Below, piece by piece: positions 13,597 to 27,235 of a stretch of 64,000 bases of DNA. The notes below the pieces were generated by a model. It ran no database searches and was not told where the DNA came from. It saw nothing but the letters and a program-made list of their open reading frames with translations. The stretch comes from Podarcis pityusensis. Taxonomy: Eukaryota. The position numbers were made by a program, and so were the translations under genes. The DNA is taken from NCBI GenBank assembly GCA_964106645.2, contig OZ067051.1; one strand, 5' to 3'. Each line of letters starts with the position of its first letter. Position 1 is the stretch's first letter.

Positions 13597-13813
13597 CATT
13601 TTCTGGAGCTTTTGCTTCCGCTCCTCATTCTCCTGGATTTTTGCCATCCTGTTATCTTCTCTTTCCTGCCACATGTTGGCAAATTCCTTGAGTTTTCTGT
13701 TTTCCTCTTCCATCTCTTCACGCTGCCTTTTCTTCCTCATAGCTTGATCGTTTTTAAATTCTTCTATGAACCTTTGAGTTGCTCTCATTTTCTCTAGTCT
13801 TCCTTGTTTTGCT
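13597..13813 (-). CDS. MNS1: MNS1 exon 6 (..LEKMRATQRFIEEFK..LQKM)
   Basis: tag/gtattg; followed by an 80-nt intron. Confidence 0.95.
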
Positions 13814-14016
13814 CTATGGAGAAGTCTCAAACTTTAGTAACTTTTCTAAATGTAACCCAGATAATTAAGAATCCCCGGCTCTTCATGTGTCACACCCAGC
13901 CATCCCCCGGGAAGCTAAGGACACGCCAGTGTATGCCATTTTGTGCTCATGACAACTTTCCTAGTTAAGTGACTGTCACAGCCTGAAAGTCCTCTAGTCA
14001 AGTTTAAATGCTCTGA

Positions 14017-14146
14017 GGTAGGAGGTCTTTAAGCAGAGGCTTGACAACCATATGTCAGGAGTGCTCTGATGGTGTTTCCTGCTTTGCAGGGGGTTGGACT
14101 CGATGGCCCTTGTGGTCTCTTCCAACTCTATGATTCTATGATTCTA
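14017..14146 (+). mobile_element. CR1 LINE 3' end
   Basis: ..ttccaactctatgattctatgattcta tail typical of CR1. Confidence 0.85.
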
Positions 14147-14441
14147 GGAGCCACCAGATCCACAACTTGCTCACTGTGAAGCAGCAGGTCTGCCATCACT
14201 GTGAGCATTGTAAGCACAGGGCAGGCTGGACGGATGAGCCATGAGCCAGAAATATTAATAAAGCAAGGAACCCCTCAGACCAGAGAAAAATTATTACTAT
14301 CCATTATTAGGTCCAAGACTGTTTAACATTTTGTGACATTTAACAGGCAGCAAAGAAGCAAGCAAGTTTTACCGCAAAACTCAAAGTGCAAACAGTAAGG
14401 CTAAACAAGTTTAAAACACAAACACAGGAAGTCAAACTAAC

Positions 14442-14671
14442 CGTTCATCTTCGTCATAGATTTTTCTCACAATTTCATCAATCAAGAGCTTCTCTCGGAG
14501 GAACTCCTCATAGGCCGCCTGCCTCCGTCTCTCTCGGTCCTCAAGCTGCCTTTCCAGTTCTTGCTGATAAAGCAGCTTTTCCTGATTCCGCTTTGCCTCA
14601 GCTGTCCTCTCTTCTTCCTCTGCCTTTTCTTGAGCTTCCTTCATTGCTTTGTATATTTCTGCATCACCTTT
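14442..14671 (-). CDS. MNS1: MNS1 exon 5 (..AYEEFLREKLLIDEIVRKIYDEDER)
   Basis: MNS1 motif EKLxIDEIVRKIYxED; cag/gttagt. Confidence 0.96.
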
Positions 14672-15174
14672 CTGAAAAGATTTTAATCTATTTTTAAAAA
14701 AATGGAAGAATCTGGAGTAACAAACTCCAAAGAAGACTAGCATCCCAGTAAAAGGACACTGTGGACTGCTGATGAACCGTATTATTTACATATATTTATC
14801 TCCTATTAACCTAGCCCTCTAGGAACTATCCATTTTTTTCCACCTGCGACACCAAGAAATAGTTCTCTCCACACACACTGTTGCATCCATTCAGCTAAAC
14901 TAACAGTACATGAAAATGAAGCTACTAAGGGCTATGGAATCTTTGTAAAAAGCAAATGAATGCTAGGATGGGTGACTAGAAATCCAAACCACAAATCTGA
15001 TGTATTGTAAACCATTTCAGTGCCATTTTTTCCTAAAATGTAGTACTTATTTATTTAACAGTGCAATCCTGAGCATGCTTACTCAGAAGTAAAACCTGCT
15101 GAGTTCAAAAGAAATTATTTCATGGTAATTGGTTCAGATTTTCAGCCAAAGTTGTTTGATAGTTATGGGTTAAA

Positions 15175-15520
15175 GGTAAAGGGACCCCTGACCGTTAGGT
15201 CCAGTCGTGGCCAACTGGGGTTGAGGCGCTCATCTCGCTTCATTGGCCAAGGGAGCTGGCATACAGCTTCCGGGTCATGTGGCCAGCATGACTAAGCCAC
15301 TTCTGGTGAACCAGAGCAGCGCACGGAAACGCCATTTACCTTCCCGCCGGAGCAGTACCTATTTATCTACTCGCACTTTGACGTGCTTTCGAACTGCTAG
15401 GTTGGCAGGAGCAGGGACCGAGCAACGGGAGCTCACCCCGTCGCGGGGATTCGAACCGCCAACCTTCTGATCGGCAAGTCCTAGGCTCTGTGGTTTAACC
15501 CACAGCGCCACCCACGTCCC
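15175..15520 (-). mobile_element. Full-length Sauria SINE
   Basis: Perfect 15-bp TSD tagttatgggttaaa (15160-15174, 15521-15535). Confidence 0.95.
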
Positions 15521-16212
15521 TAGTTATGGGTTAAATCTGCCTTAACTGAAACGTTAGTCATGTCCATTGATTTAAATATGTGTACTCTGTATATGGCATA
15601 ATTGGATAAAGCCCAGTAAGAGACACGTTAGAAACATGCTGCTTGAAAGGTTTTAATTATCACATTTGGAGAGATGACCTTTGAAAAACAATGCAATGCT
15701 GTGTAGACCATTTACTATACATTTAAAAGTATTTGCATGAATTCAGCTTTGAGAGGTTTGCCCCACACTGCCTTTAGAAGCAAGCATGGTTGTTATGGCT
15801 GCAATCCTTAAGAAAACCCAGTAGAGCTCAGTGGGACTTTTTCCTGAGTAAGCAGGCTTAGGTCCACATCATGTCATTGATTAAGCTTGGTGGAAGATAT
15901 CAAGATGTAGAATAAAACACTTCTCTTACTAACCAAAATAAATCTCCTTTTTTCAAATGTAATTTTTAAATTTAGAAAATGGATTTTAAGCATTTTTTGT
16001 TGTCATTAATTCAATGTCTTTCCTATCCTTTACCATAAGTTCCCAGTGAAAACAAACAGTAGGGCTAGGCTTATCCAAAATCTAACTAAGCTGACCAATC
16101 CATTTTCCAAACAAGCAATATTTAAGTCAGTTGTCACACGCACGCACGCACGCGCACACACACACAAACGCTGAGCAGAACCAAGATTCGAACAGTCCAT
16201 AAAGCCAGTTAC

Positions 16213-16315
16213 CATTTTTTCATATTTTATAGCTTCTTTCTCAGCAATCTGGGCAGCCCTCGCTTTATTCATATAAGCAGATTTCAGCTTCAACTCCAGC
16301 TCCCGAAGCTCAATA
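16213..16315 (-). CDS. MNS1: MNS1 exon 4 (IELRELELKLKSAYMNKARAAQIAEKE..)
   Basis: MNS1 motif ELRELExKLKxAYMNK; tag/gtaact. Confidence 0.96.
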
Positions 16316-16710
16316 CTAGAAACCAAATTGACAAAAAGTATGAAACGTGTTGAAAACTGCCTCTCATTCTTTTCTTTGGCACCTCTCATTGCAGACACTT
16401 TACAAATCTGATTTTAAACTCATTTATATAGTTTAAAAAGATAACATTAAAATGAATGCTTTTACAAGCCCAGTGTGTTCATGCTAAAACTCTGACAAGC
16501 CACTAGACTAGCATCTATTAGTTGGGGGAAGAAGAAGATGCCGCCGCACCACAGAGATTATCTTCATCTGCCATGATGCCCCCAACAGTGCTAAACTCTG
16601 ACATCAAACAGAAGCATTAGGTAGGTTCAAAAACATAACAGTTAGAGTTTAGGGAAGCTGCAACTTTATGTGGGATTATAAAGAAACCTATTTGTTGAAG
16701 AAAGAAATAC

Positions 16711-16838
16711 CTGGTCTCTCTTATTTGCTGTCTCATCTTTTCATCTTTGAGTTTCTCATGGTTTAATCTTGCTAACTCAGCTGCCAGTTTTTCTTCCTGT
16801 TGCAACTCCATTTCCTTCAACCTTTTATTCTCTTCTGC
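16711..16838 (-). CDS. MNS1: MNS1 exon 3 (AEENKRLKEMELQQEEKLA..LKDEKMRQQIRE)
   Basis: cag/gtattt, phase 0 to 2. Confidence 0.95.
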
Positions 16839-17786
16839 CTGACCACAAAATTGAATTTAACAAATCAGAATTGGATTCTAGAACTTAAATAAAAGCCTAG
16901 ATTTTCTTAAACTATTATCCTGCAACTGTCTGATAGTTCAGTGTGCCTCTAAAGATATGGTTTAGTGTGTCCTGCAATAATCCTTAAAAAACCTCAGTGG
17001 AATGGAAATTATTTGCATACCTTCAGTCTGGAACACTTTCACTCAGATCCCTGCTATACTAAACTGTGTTGAACTGACAGAAGATATATTTACAATTACA
17101 TTGGCATTTTTAAAGAAGATATAGATTTCAGCAGTATTAATCTTAGAGTGAGCACAAAGTTGATGTTTATTCTGATTAAGCAACAGCCTAACATCTGAAA
17201 AAAAGTTTTTAAAAATCACGCAATGCAGATTCAAAAAGCTTCATCAACATTTTGTAGCATAAGACCCATATATTCAGCTTGAACACTTTTTCATTACACA
17301 AGACATTGCCAGGTTGTTACTAACTCTACCAAGCTTGTATAAGCTGTCTCACTACCTGGAATCCAGTTTTGGGGGCCATGGAGGTGGGAGGGATGTCTTG
17401 GGATGCTGCAAGCTCAGCCCTAAGAGCAAGACGCCTCAACCAACCATGAGCATCAAGTTCTTATTCAGGCCCTGGGAGTCTCTGGGGTGGCAGAACCTAC
17501 AGCCACCCTCCCGCCCCGCCAGCCAGGCTGTTTGTTAGGTGAAACATTACTATAATTGTTTCATGTTTCCCAGAGATAAATCACAGCCTACCACTGTCAC
17601 TAACCTACCTACAGCCTGTGGCCCTTCTTCCCTTCAAATCTGCTGAGCAGCCATGCTCATTTTCCCTTTGCAATTTAGAACACAAACTTCAGCAAGTGTA
17701 CTCAGTGGGACTCACCAAATATGCAACAGATCATCAGGATCTTAATTATAGGGAGGAGTTCCCTGCCTCCAGACAATCCGACTCAC

Positions 17787-18023
17787 CCTCTGAATAGCCT
17801 CTTCCATGCGCCGCTCATGCTCCTCCTCCCTGAGCAGCCGTGCAAGACGCTTCTCCTCAACACGGTCTTCAGCCTCCCACATCACCTCCAGCTGATGAAC
17901 GCGCTGCACCCTTTTCATGTGCTCCAGCTCCCTCATTTCTTGGAAGTAAGCCTCATGCTGTTTCTTATCCAGCTGTTGCGCCGCTGTCAGCTGCGCCCGA
18001 CCGCCCCGCTGCCGTGCCATCGC
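17787..18023 (-). CDS. MNS1: MNS1 exon 2 (AMARQRGG..EDRVEEKRL..MEEAIQR)
   Basis: cag/gtgagt, 237 nt, coiled-coil composition. Confidence 0.9.
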
Positions 18024-19179
18024 CTGCAAGGGAGTCAGATATGGGAGAATTCTCATGGCTGCAGGAAAGCACTGTCAAGGTCTCTCCATGATGGAGACCA
18101 CCAGCATCCTACTGGAAAGATGGCTCACACTGGCATGGTGCCCTTCTCCTCTTCTACACAAGATCACCAACACAACCCAAAAGTTAAGGAGTGCTGTCAC
18201 TGGGAGTTGCACTTACAGAACAGACAGACATGTAGGGTGGCACCACCTCCTCTTTTTGTCTGGTGCCATTTAGAACACAGGAAGATTACCCATAAATGTG
18301 CCTCCAGTTATTCAGGCAAGGGCTGGGAGCCAAATGCATCAGCCGGCAGCCCAGCAGCAGCAAGTGCAGACACTGGTTGTGGCAATCACACTTCATCATG
18401 GGAGGGACAATTGGCTCAGATCAAAGCTGCTGCTTTGATTCAATCTCTCCAGCATAAAGGATCAAGCAGCAAGGGTCAAAGTAGACCATACTAAGCGAGA
18501 TGGATAATGGGATTGCTTGTGTACAAAGCAGTGTCATAGCCCACGAGCAAAAAAAGCTTTGTCCATTTTCTCTTCTTAGCCAGAGGGTCCATAGCTTAGA
18601 GAACACCTGCTTTGAATGCAGAAGGTCTCTTGGTCTCAAAAGAATGGGAAAGCCTGAGGGCTTGGAAAGCAGCTGCCAGACAGAGCAGACAGGACTGGAC
18701 TCAATGGACAGGTTGGATCTGGCATGAGGCAGCTTCCTACATCCGAAAGTCAGACAGGCTAGCAAGACCCTATTGAGGCCCTAGAGAAGTGCAGGGGCAC
18801 AATCAGGGCAACCTTGACCCTAGACTTCAGAAGGGAGCTCTCCGCAGGCTGGCTGCCTGGCTGGCTGGCTGCTGAGATCATCTAGAAAAGGCCAACTCTG
18901 GCGCCCTCGCCATCCGAGGCAGCTGGGGGAGAAAGAGGGGTGGCTCTTGAAGATCCCCCCCCCCCGGTTGCTAAATTAATTGAGCTTTTGGCCCTGTGTG
19001 GAGATGGACAGGGCCCTCGCCTGGCCCGCCCTCAACCCCTTGAGCTGCAAGCACTGCAAGTCCCCCAGGGCAGGAAGGGAGACCTTCTCGCCGTTGAGAA
19101 AGCGCACAGGGGGCGCAAGGTTGAGAACAGATTAAAAAAAACCAAAGAGCAGTTCAGAAGGCAATGGCTTAAAACTCGC

Positions 19180-19760
19180 CCGCAGCCTTTTCGCGAGGCA
19201 AAGCGCCCCGTTAATCCTCAAGCGCTGCGATACACCCCCCCCGCCCCCCCGCCCGCTGGCCGCTCGCCCTGAGGAGCCGCCTCGGAATTGTATTTACTGA
19301 GCAGGCGAGACAAGAGCAAAACGAGGCCTGCCAGTCAGCCGGGAATTCTGGCGACAACAACCCTGCGAGGCAGACCAGCCGCGTCGTCGCGGGGCCGGAG
19401 CTCAGGCCGGGCGAGACTCACCATCTTCCCGCCGCCCTCGGAGGCTCCCCGAGCGGCCGCCTCCCGCACCGGCTTCCCGCTCAAGCACACCGTTGCCTTG
19501 GAAACGGCGGTCACAGGCGGCACTTCCGGGAGAAGCCCCGCCCCCACTCCGCCTCCCGCCTGCGAGCGCCGCCCGAGCTCCGATTGGCCCAGCCCGGAGC
19601 TTGACTCCGCCTCCGCGAGGACCGTTTTGGAAAGGAGGAAGCTCTGTTACCGGGGCAACTGCGGGCCCGCGCCGGTGCGCCTGCGCAGTGCTCTTGGCTC
19701 GGCCTCGGTCTCCTCGGGCGTCGGCGTTTCTGCGGCCTCTCAGACCGGCCTCCCTCACGG
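19180..19760 (-). promoter_or_regulatory. MNS1 CpG-island promoter: X-boxes (19492-19505, 19646-19659), ETS-like CACTTCCGG (19521), GC boxes, CCAAT (about 19583), NRF1-like TGCGCCTGCGCA (19676)
   Basis: CpG-dense region around exon 1; motifs read directly. Confidence 0.85.
19422..19424 (-). CDS. MNS1: MNS1 exon 1 coding part: initiator ATG only
   Basis: gggaagATG|gtgagt within CpG island; in frame with exon 2. Confidence 0.85.
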
Positions 19761-20304
19761 GGTTGGTGTGGGGATTAAAGAGGACGCAGGGGAAGAACCG
19801 CCTGCGTCACTTTTGCTCCTTGGGGGAAAAGGCGGCAATCAATAACTGCTGAATTGGCGCTTGCCAGGAAGTTCGGTTTTAGATCATGGGGTTTTATTCT
19901 TCTACCAACGTTAGTTACTGTATTATGCCAGGATATTTGTGTTATCCTCAACAGCGTTGAATGTATAAATGGCCACTGCAATTATTCTATATCGTTTTAA
20001 GCTGTAGTGCAACTGTTGCATTTTATTTCCCTCTGAGTGTACAGTTAACATTCTCTCCCTGTATGTGTGCATATACCAGCCAGGTATATACCATCTGATT
20101 AAATGGTCTCAAGTCCACACACACACATACAAAAACATTTGCCTTTGAAGTGCCACAAGACACTGTTTTTGTTTTAATTGGACTGAAAATGCCATCCCTA
20201 GAAATAGTCAAGAAATGTTCTTGGCTTCCCATTTCTGGGAGCTCCAGTGATGAGCTGCAGGGGAACTGGTAAATGGATCAGCTTCCTGCTGGATGAGACC
20301 TTGG

Positions 20305-20478
20305 GGGGTGTGGTGTAGTGGTTAGGGTGCCAGAGTAGGACCTGGTGGCCTGGGGCTCAAATCCCCACTCAACCATGAAGCTCAGTGGGTGACTACAACA
20401 GTTTTCTTGTGGGGATTACTGTGTATGCCACCTTGAGCTCCTTGGAGAAAAAGGTGAGATATAAATTAAATAAATAAA
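20305..20478 (+). mobile_element. tRNA-derived squamate SINE (Squam-like)
   Basis: A-box tggtgtagtggttag, B-box-like ggctcaaatcc, (TAAA)n tail. Confidence 0.75.
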
Positions 20479-21123
20479 GGTGTGTATTTACAAGTATGCA
20501 GGTGGAGAATGGTGGATCAGACGTGCCCAGCATCTCACTAGAGCCCCCAAGGCAGTTGAAAAACCTGCTGCTGATTCTCCCCAAAATATTTTCTATGTAG
20601 CTTTCAAATGCAGCATAACCTTCCCAGCTGATGCAAGAATATCCCGCTTGTTCAATAAAGTTCTTTTAGCCATCAGTTAGGAAACTTTAGAATGATGATT
20701 GTCAACAAGTTCATTAAAGTATGCAACACATAGTGCATTGCCAAATTTGTTTGCAAGCAAGTAGGCAATGCATGAGACTGTGATGAGCCTATTTAGTTCC
20801 TGCTGAGTTTGCAACATTATAAGCCATTGTTGGGGATAGCATTGCGTTCTTTGTGGAACAATTTTGCTGTCTTGAGTGAAAAGACATATGTGAATTAGCT
20901 TGGAAGGGTCTAAACCCATCAGGAGAAGAATATTGATCTACTAGAGACTCGGATAAGTTGCTAAGAAATGTGCTTGTTTTGCTTGATGGATGGGACAGTA
21001 GCCTGAGCAGCAAAGGGAGCATCACTGTCAAAAGAAACCTAGAAATAAGTCATTCACAATGGGCCCCTAACAAACATCTTTTTTATTGCATGGTCTTGAT
21101 GACTTGTGCCCATGATGCTATTT

Positions 21124-21477
21124 GGGCACTCATGGCGCTGTGGGTTAAACCACAGAGCCTAGGACTTGCCGATCAGAAGGTTGGCGGTTCAAATCCCCAC
21201 GACGGGGTGAGCTCCCGTTGCTCGGTCCCTGCTCCTGCCAACCTAGCAGTTTGAAAGCATGTCAAAGTGCAAGTAGATAAATAGGTACCACTCTGGCGGA
21301 AAGGTAAACGGCGTTTCCGAGTGCTGCTCTGGTTTGCCAGAAGCGGCTCAGTCATGCTGGCCACATGACCCGGAAGCTGGACGTCGGCTCCCTTGGCCAA
21401 TAAAGCGAGATGAGCACCGCAACCCTAGAGTCAGCCATGACTGGACCTAATGGTCAGGGATCCCTTTACCTTTACCT
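21124..21477 (+). mobile_element. Sauria SINE
   Basis: ggcgctgtgggttaaaccacagagcc... ending in cctttacctttacc. Confidence 0.93.
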
Positions 21478-24400
21478 TATACTATCCCACTTTCAATACT
21501 CTTTGCACCGTTCTGTCCTTTAACTACCTGATAGAATCTCATAACATTTTATAACACAAATATCATGGGGCAGAAGGCCAGGGCTTTGTGCAGTATGATG
21601 AGCAGGAGGACCCCGGACCCAGGGAGGCTGGTTGAGCACATTTTGAAGTAGGAAAAATAATACCTGTTGCCACCTAAAGAGTGACACCCCTCATAAGATC
21701 ATTAAGTCTAGCATCTAAATTGATCTAACTTTACCACTGATGGTCCAGATCACAGGTTTTGCTTGTGAGCACAGAGGGCTTCCTTGTGTGACCTGGGGCA
21801 GTGGAGGTGATTTCACAGCCTGGCTATGATGGTCAAATGCCTGGCATTGCTGCACACTGGGAATTCCATCCAGTCCTGCCTTGTTGAGATTAGCAAGCCA
21901 TTGTTTTATCAATTTTTATTTGGGAATAAAACATGCATGAGCCAGGAGACCTGCCATCTTCAAAAGGGCTTTTCCTCAACTTCAAGGATTAAGGACCTTA
22001 CTTTAACAAGTCACTTAAATCAGCCTCTGCTTAAGAGCCTAACTGTGAGAATAAAGCAGCACTTCACATCTGCTCAGGGGTGACTGTCTCTGAATAAAGT
22101 AGCCGCCTTCTTCCCCCAAGACCCAGGGGAAAGCTAAGAAAATGCAGATCTAATGGGTCAAGCTGGGGTTGGTTTGATCATACAGTTCAATTAATTTCTA
22201 ACAATCTTTGCCACAGATAGCTTGCAAAAATGACAAAGAACTAGAAATACAGTATAAGCAAAGATACATTGAATATAATTTTTCTATCAAACAAACAGAA
22301 AGCAACAGCACTCAAGACTTGCTGATTCTGTGTTATTCTTTATGTCTTGCTGTTTTGGTTGTTCGTTGAGTTGGTGTAATTAATTGCTTTTAATTATTAT
22401 TGCTGTATTCTGTTTTATCATGTTGTGCACTGCCCTGTGCTTTGTGAGAGGCAATAAATAAATAATAACAATAGCAACAGGGATAGCTTGTGCCAATGTC
22501 TGATAAAGAAGGAAAATTCAGAACAAAGGCCTGCTTCCAGGCCCCTGGCCATTTTCCGTTCATACACATTTGCTTATTTATGCTGCTGCATGTCACCCCA
22601 CAACAAAGTGCTCTGGGTGGCTTAGAATAAATGTACACAAATGAAAGCTGATGCACGATTCTTCCCAATGAGGTTTGTTATTATTTATTATAAACCTGAT
22701 CTTCATGTATTGGGAATCAATGTAGAGGTTTGAACATTTGTAGGTAATGAACACTATATATGTCTTGTGGAAAAGCAAACAATTATGCAGTTTGCAAGTG
22801 ATGGACACACACTTTTTATTGTATGAATATGATCGCCATTTAGAAAAAGTGTCACAGGCAAGACTGCACACTTAGAAGGGACATGGATCCCTTTGGACTT
22901 TGGAGACACACATTCCAGCTGCCCATGATTAGCCCCTACCTTAAAGCGGGTGTCAAGAGATTCTTCTGTCTCCATGCATAATTTTGACCTCCCTGTTGAG
23001 TGGGAGGTTGAGGTCAAGAAAACTCCAATACCAGACCAGGCTGGCTCCCTACCTGCTATAGAGCAGGCTACCTTCTTTCCTTTTGTAAGTGCCCCAACTT
23101 GGAGTGTGTAGGTCTCTTCTTGGGCTTCTCTTAAAACTCTTTGCTACTCATAGCATTGCTAAATTAACAAGAGCCTGCCTTAACTCATCAGACTAGCCTT
23201 GAGTATAGCTCCTTGTCCCAATCCAGCCTGAATTGCCTTCCTCATTGCAGCCCATAGAAATAGGCGGCAGAGAACCCTCTTCCCATCCCTGCTGTTTTAT
23301 CATGCGCTCTGCTAACAGCCCATTTATCAGAATGATGAAGGGGGCTCTCTGGAGAGAGGACATGGCTCAGGCAGTGCAAGTGTGAATGACAGTCTGTCTG
23401 CAGAAGATTGACGTTAATGAAACTTGGAATAAACAGGAAGATGAAGAGGGTGGAGAAGCCAGCCAGGGAGCTCGGCTCACTCTGCAAGGGAGAAGGAGCT
23501 CACTGTACCATCCTGGTTGGCTTTCAATTTGCAAAAGCTGCCTGTCCTTTTGTTGCAAAATAGCAAGAGCCATGAAGGCTCCTCTGACTTGAAGCTGCCT
23601 GGGCTCTTTACACCTGGCCTAGATGTCTGGAACCTGGTGTGCATGTATGCCTATACCAGCATATGGGACAAGCACGCAAGGAACGAGAGGAGGAGGGAAA
23701 TTCGTCACTACTCCTCAGGTTGCCCTTGCTCCTCACCCATCTCAGATGCAGGTGGATTCCACTGTTATTATTTATTACACCTGTTCATCAAATTTACAAA
23801 GTCTCAAAGCAAATTTTACAAAAATTCTAGGATGGCCCAGTCAAATCTGGATGGTTGATGGGTATGAGTTGTCAGTTCAGCTCATTCATTGCCACACCTG
23901 CTTTGGTTGTGGGCTCCAGGGAGCATCCACAAACTGGGATTGGAAAACTGAGGGAGGGCAAGTCTCTTCCCTGTATTTTCCACCCATGCTAGATTATCAC
24001 AGATTGACACCTGCCCTTTCACCAGCACCAACAGCAGCTGCTGTGGAACCTGGCCTTAAGGAGCTGACTTATTACATGGTTGTAGGGGTGTGATCCAGGA
24101 AAACCACAGAAAACTTAAAATGCAAAACTCCTGCGATGTCCTGGGTTTCCAGGCTTGCAAGCAGATTCCCCACCACACCCCCAACGTAAGTGCTAAACTC
24201 TGATTAGATTTCCAGAACAAAAATTGATAGGTAAGGCAACAAGGAGAAGACAATAGAAAACATTGTCTGAATGCAGCCTTAGTCTTTTTTAATCCCCCCC
24301 CCCCCCGAGAAGCTGGGAGGCCTGTACTTGTATCTGTATGGAGGGGTGGAGTACAAAGCAGGAAAACCAAGAAGAATAAATATTAACTTCCTCTGTATAT

Positions 24401-24603
24401 TTTTTGTTCAGAGCCCAGTAGAAGCACAGATCTCTCATTTTATAATTAACAGCAGTTGTAAACTATGGAGAGCCTATGGATAAGTTAAAAGTAAATTAGG
24501 TTGCAGATATTTCTAACTGTCAGAACATGTTTTCCCTTCACCTTATGACTTCAGCTAGAGACAGATACCCCTACTATCCTTTCCCAAATGGAAGCACTCT
24601 ACC

Positions 24604-24833
24604 TTTTATTTATTTCACATACGTCCCATATTTTTTCTCCAAGGAGCCCAAGATGGCATACACAGTTCTCTCCCTCTCTCCTCATTTAATTCCCACAACA
24701 AACCCGTGAGGAAGCTTAATCTGAGAAGCAGTGACTGGTCCAATGTAACCTAGTGGGCTGCACGGCCAAATGAGGATTTGAACCCTGGTCTCCTAGGTCC
24801 TAGGCCAGCACTCTACCCACTAAACCACACTAG
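24604..24833 (-). mobile_element. tRNA-derived squamate SINE (Squam-like)
   Basis: Reverse-complement relative of the 20305 copy. Confidence 0.7.
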
Positions 24834-25769
24834 CTTTTGCCAGCTGTTTGGCAGTTGAAATTACAGGTAAAGCTTTTTAAAAAAAGATGTTGGCAAAAGC
24901 TGTACCTGCTCCCTTTCTCCTTACCACACACCTGCCAATGGCCCAGAGCCAAGGTCAGAACGCAAAGTCTCATCTTCTTCCAGCTGCTTCAATGCAACAA
25001 CCTGAGTTCACCAAGTAATCTACCGCAGACCAGAGAAGAAACATCAAGGTTGCAAATCTGCATTTTTGTCGGAAGATGGCAGTAGAGCTCAAAGGAATGG
25101 AACCTGGCTGATATGGGAGAGCTTTGGGAATTTTTCTGGAACTCCTCTGAGGGCAGGAGGGGTTAAGAAGCTTGTCTTCTGTTTATAGCTATCTTTCTTG
25201 ACAACAAAGTACAGCTTTCCTACAGGCAGTGACAGGGAAATGGTATCATTGATTCTCTGTGTGTCCTTGTGGCTAGGATTCTATTTAGGATGCAAATTGC
25301 CAATAGCATTCCTAATGCAGAGCCATAGTTTAAAAAGAATAGCTGTTTTTAAATAATTCAAATAGAAAAGGCACTGAATAAAGTGTTAAATCTCCTTAAG
25401 AGCCAAAATTTCATGCATTGTTAATAGCAAGGCTCTCTCCAAAACTATTTTCAACTTCGCTAAATATACACACAGAATTTTTACACTCTGGAACCACTAT
25501 TGGAAACAGAATTTACTATTAGGTTTATCAAGTAGGTCTGCTTCTCCATAACATCTGAATCAGGAGAGACTATGAAAGCTCTAGATCACTGAATGCAGTG
25601 ATGGACTGGACAGGGGCCAATAAACGACTTGAATCTTAGGATACTAGAGACTCAGAGTAGGAGGTTCCCATGTCCAGGAGATAGGCATGTTCTCTGAAGG
25701 AGCAAGTGCTTAACTTGGTGGTATTGCCTGATATGTCACTAGAAGCCTAGGCGTCTGGTTTGCAACCAT

Positions 25770-25910
25770 TTCTGAGCAGAGATAACTTGACCACTGTCTG
25801 GATTGAGGCTGGATTACTGTAATGCACTCTATCATGGGGCTGCCCTTGGGCCTGCTTCAGAAGCTCCAGTTGCTGCAGAATGTAGTAGCCAGAATGCTGA
25901 CGGGGGCAAT
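25770..25910 (+). mobile_element. L2-clade LINE RT fragment
   Basis: Degenerate RLDYCNALY..GLP..KLQLLQNVVARML. Confidence 0.7.
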
Positions 25911-26899
25911 TGTGTAATAACAGGCAGCACTACTGTTAAATAAATGTTTTTACAAGTTAGCTGATTTCTAATTTTAACTTTCTAATGGTTTTCATTGCAC
26001 GGTTATATGTACAATATGTTGTGAACCACTGATGTTTTCTTTATGAATTAGAGGTATATAAGTATTTTTTGAAAAATTAAAAACAAATCACTGAAAAGTA
26101 GGCTGGAGGACACCAATGCTGCCCCATTGACTGTTGAAGTGGAAAGCAGACTAGGTGGCCTGGGAAAAGCATGGAATGTTGGCTGCATTCTCCTATAGGG
26201 TAGAACTAGTGTTATGAACTAAGGACGATGGCAGGCAGGCAGTATTGATGAAAACAATAAAACAAGTCTATAAACAGCCAGTAGAGAGCCCAACCTCACG
26301 ATGCAAAGTGGTGTAGTGCTACATAAGCAGGGCTGGGGAAATAATGTTTTAAGAGGAGATTGGCGACTTGCAACTAGTGAGCTGCAGCAACACTACCAAC
26401 ATACAAAATAGTGTGCCAAATTAAAAAGTTTCTTCCTAAATGCGTATTTGGACTAAGGACAGGTCCTTGGTCTGAGAAAGTTGAGGAGCGCTGCTATACA
26501 GCATGTACATCCAGCCTTTGAGACATCTTGCTACTCGTGGAGAAATATGAACTGCACTCTGTATTATTCTACATGAATGGAAATGGAATTGAGGCAGGAG
26601 CTGATATTTGAAATGATGACGACAGAACTGGCAGTAAGCATTTGAAGGCAGGTGCCACTATGAACTATGAACAAGCAATCATGTTAAGAATGTAGAACAT
26701 CAAATCCTCCATTCAGAGCCCTCAGGAAATCCTGATGATTTGGTTTTTTAAAAAAAATGCAATGTCCTTGCCGTTGCAGTAAATCACTTCAAAAAAATTG
26801 CAGGCACGGTTGTTACAAAACCCAGGTCTAAATTCTTACTCGGCCACCGAGCAGACAATATGACTCTTTCCCTGCATCACAAAGCTAACTCTGGGAGCA

Positions 26900-27235
26900 C
26901 TTGGAAGGTCTGGTTGGCGTACGTCTGTCTGGGGAGACAATGGAGCACGCCTTTGCAGCTGAAATCAAATTTTTGGAAGGTTGCAGCGCCTGCTGTGGCT
27001 GTAGAGACTGATATGGGAGACACGTTTTGTTGCAGCTGGGGCAGACGGAGGCGTCCGGCTGCGCTGCTGCAGATGCACCATGGCCTTTCTTCTTGGCACT
27101 CCTCCCAGCGGTCATTTCTCCTTTGGTCACTTGCTTTGGATGCTCAGCTCGACACTGCAGGAGTCTGCAGGAGATTCCCCCACAGTGGGGTTGATGTTGG
27201 CAGACTTCATGTCATGTTTGCAGACACACAAACAC
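26900..27235 (-). mobile_element. RTE-clade LINE 3' fragment
   Basis: Degenerate VCKHDMKS.. and terminal CPSCNKTC zinc knuckle typical of RTE ORF ends. Confidence 0.7.

Noticed and set aside
17721-18494. 257-aa + strand ORF
   Set aside because: Partly the antisense shadow of MNS1 exon 2; no recognisable domain or gene structure
19288-19852. GC-rich ORFs over the MNS1 promoter
   Set aside because: Same CpG-island artefact
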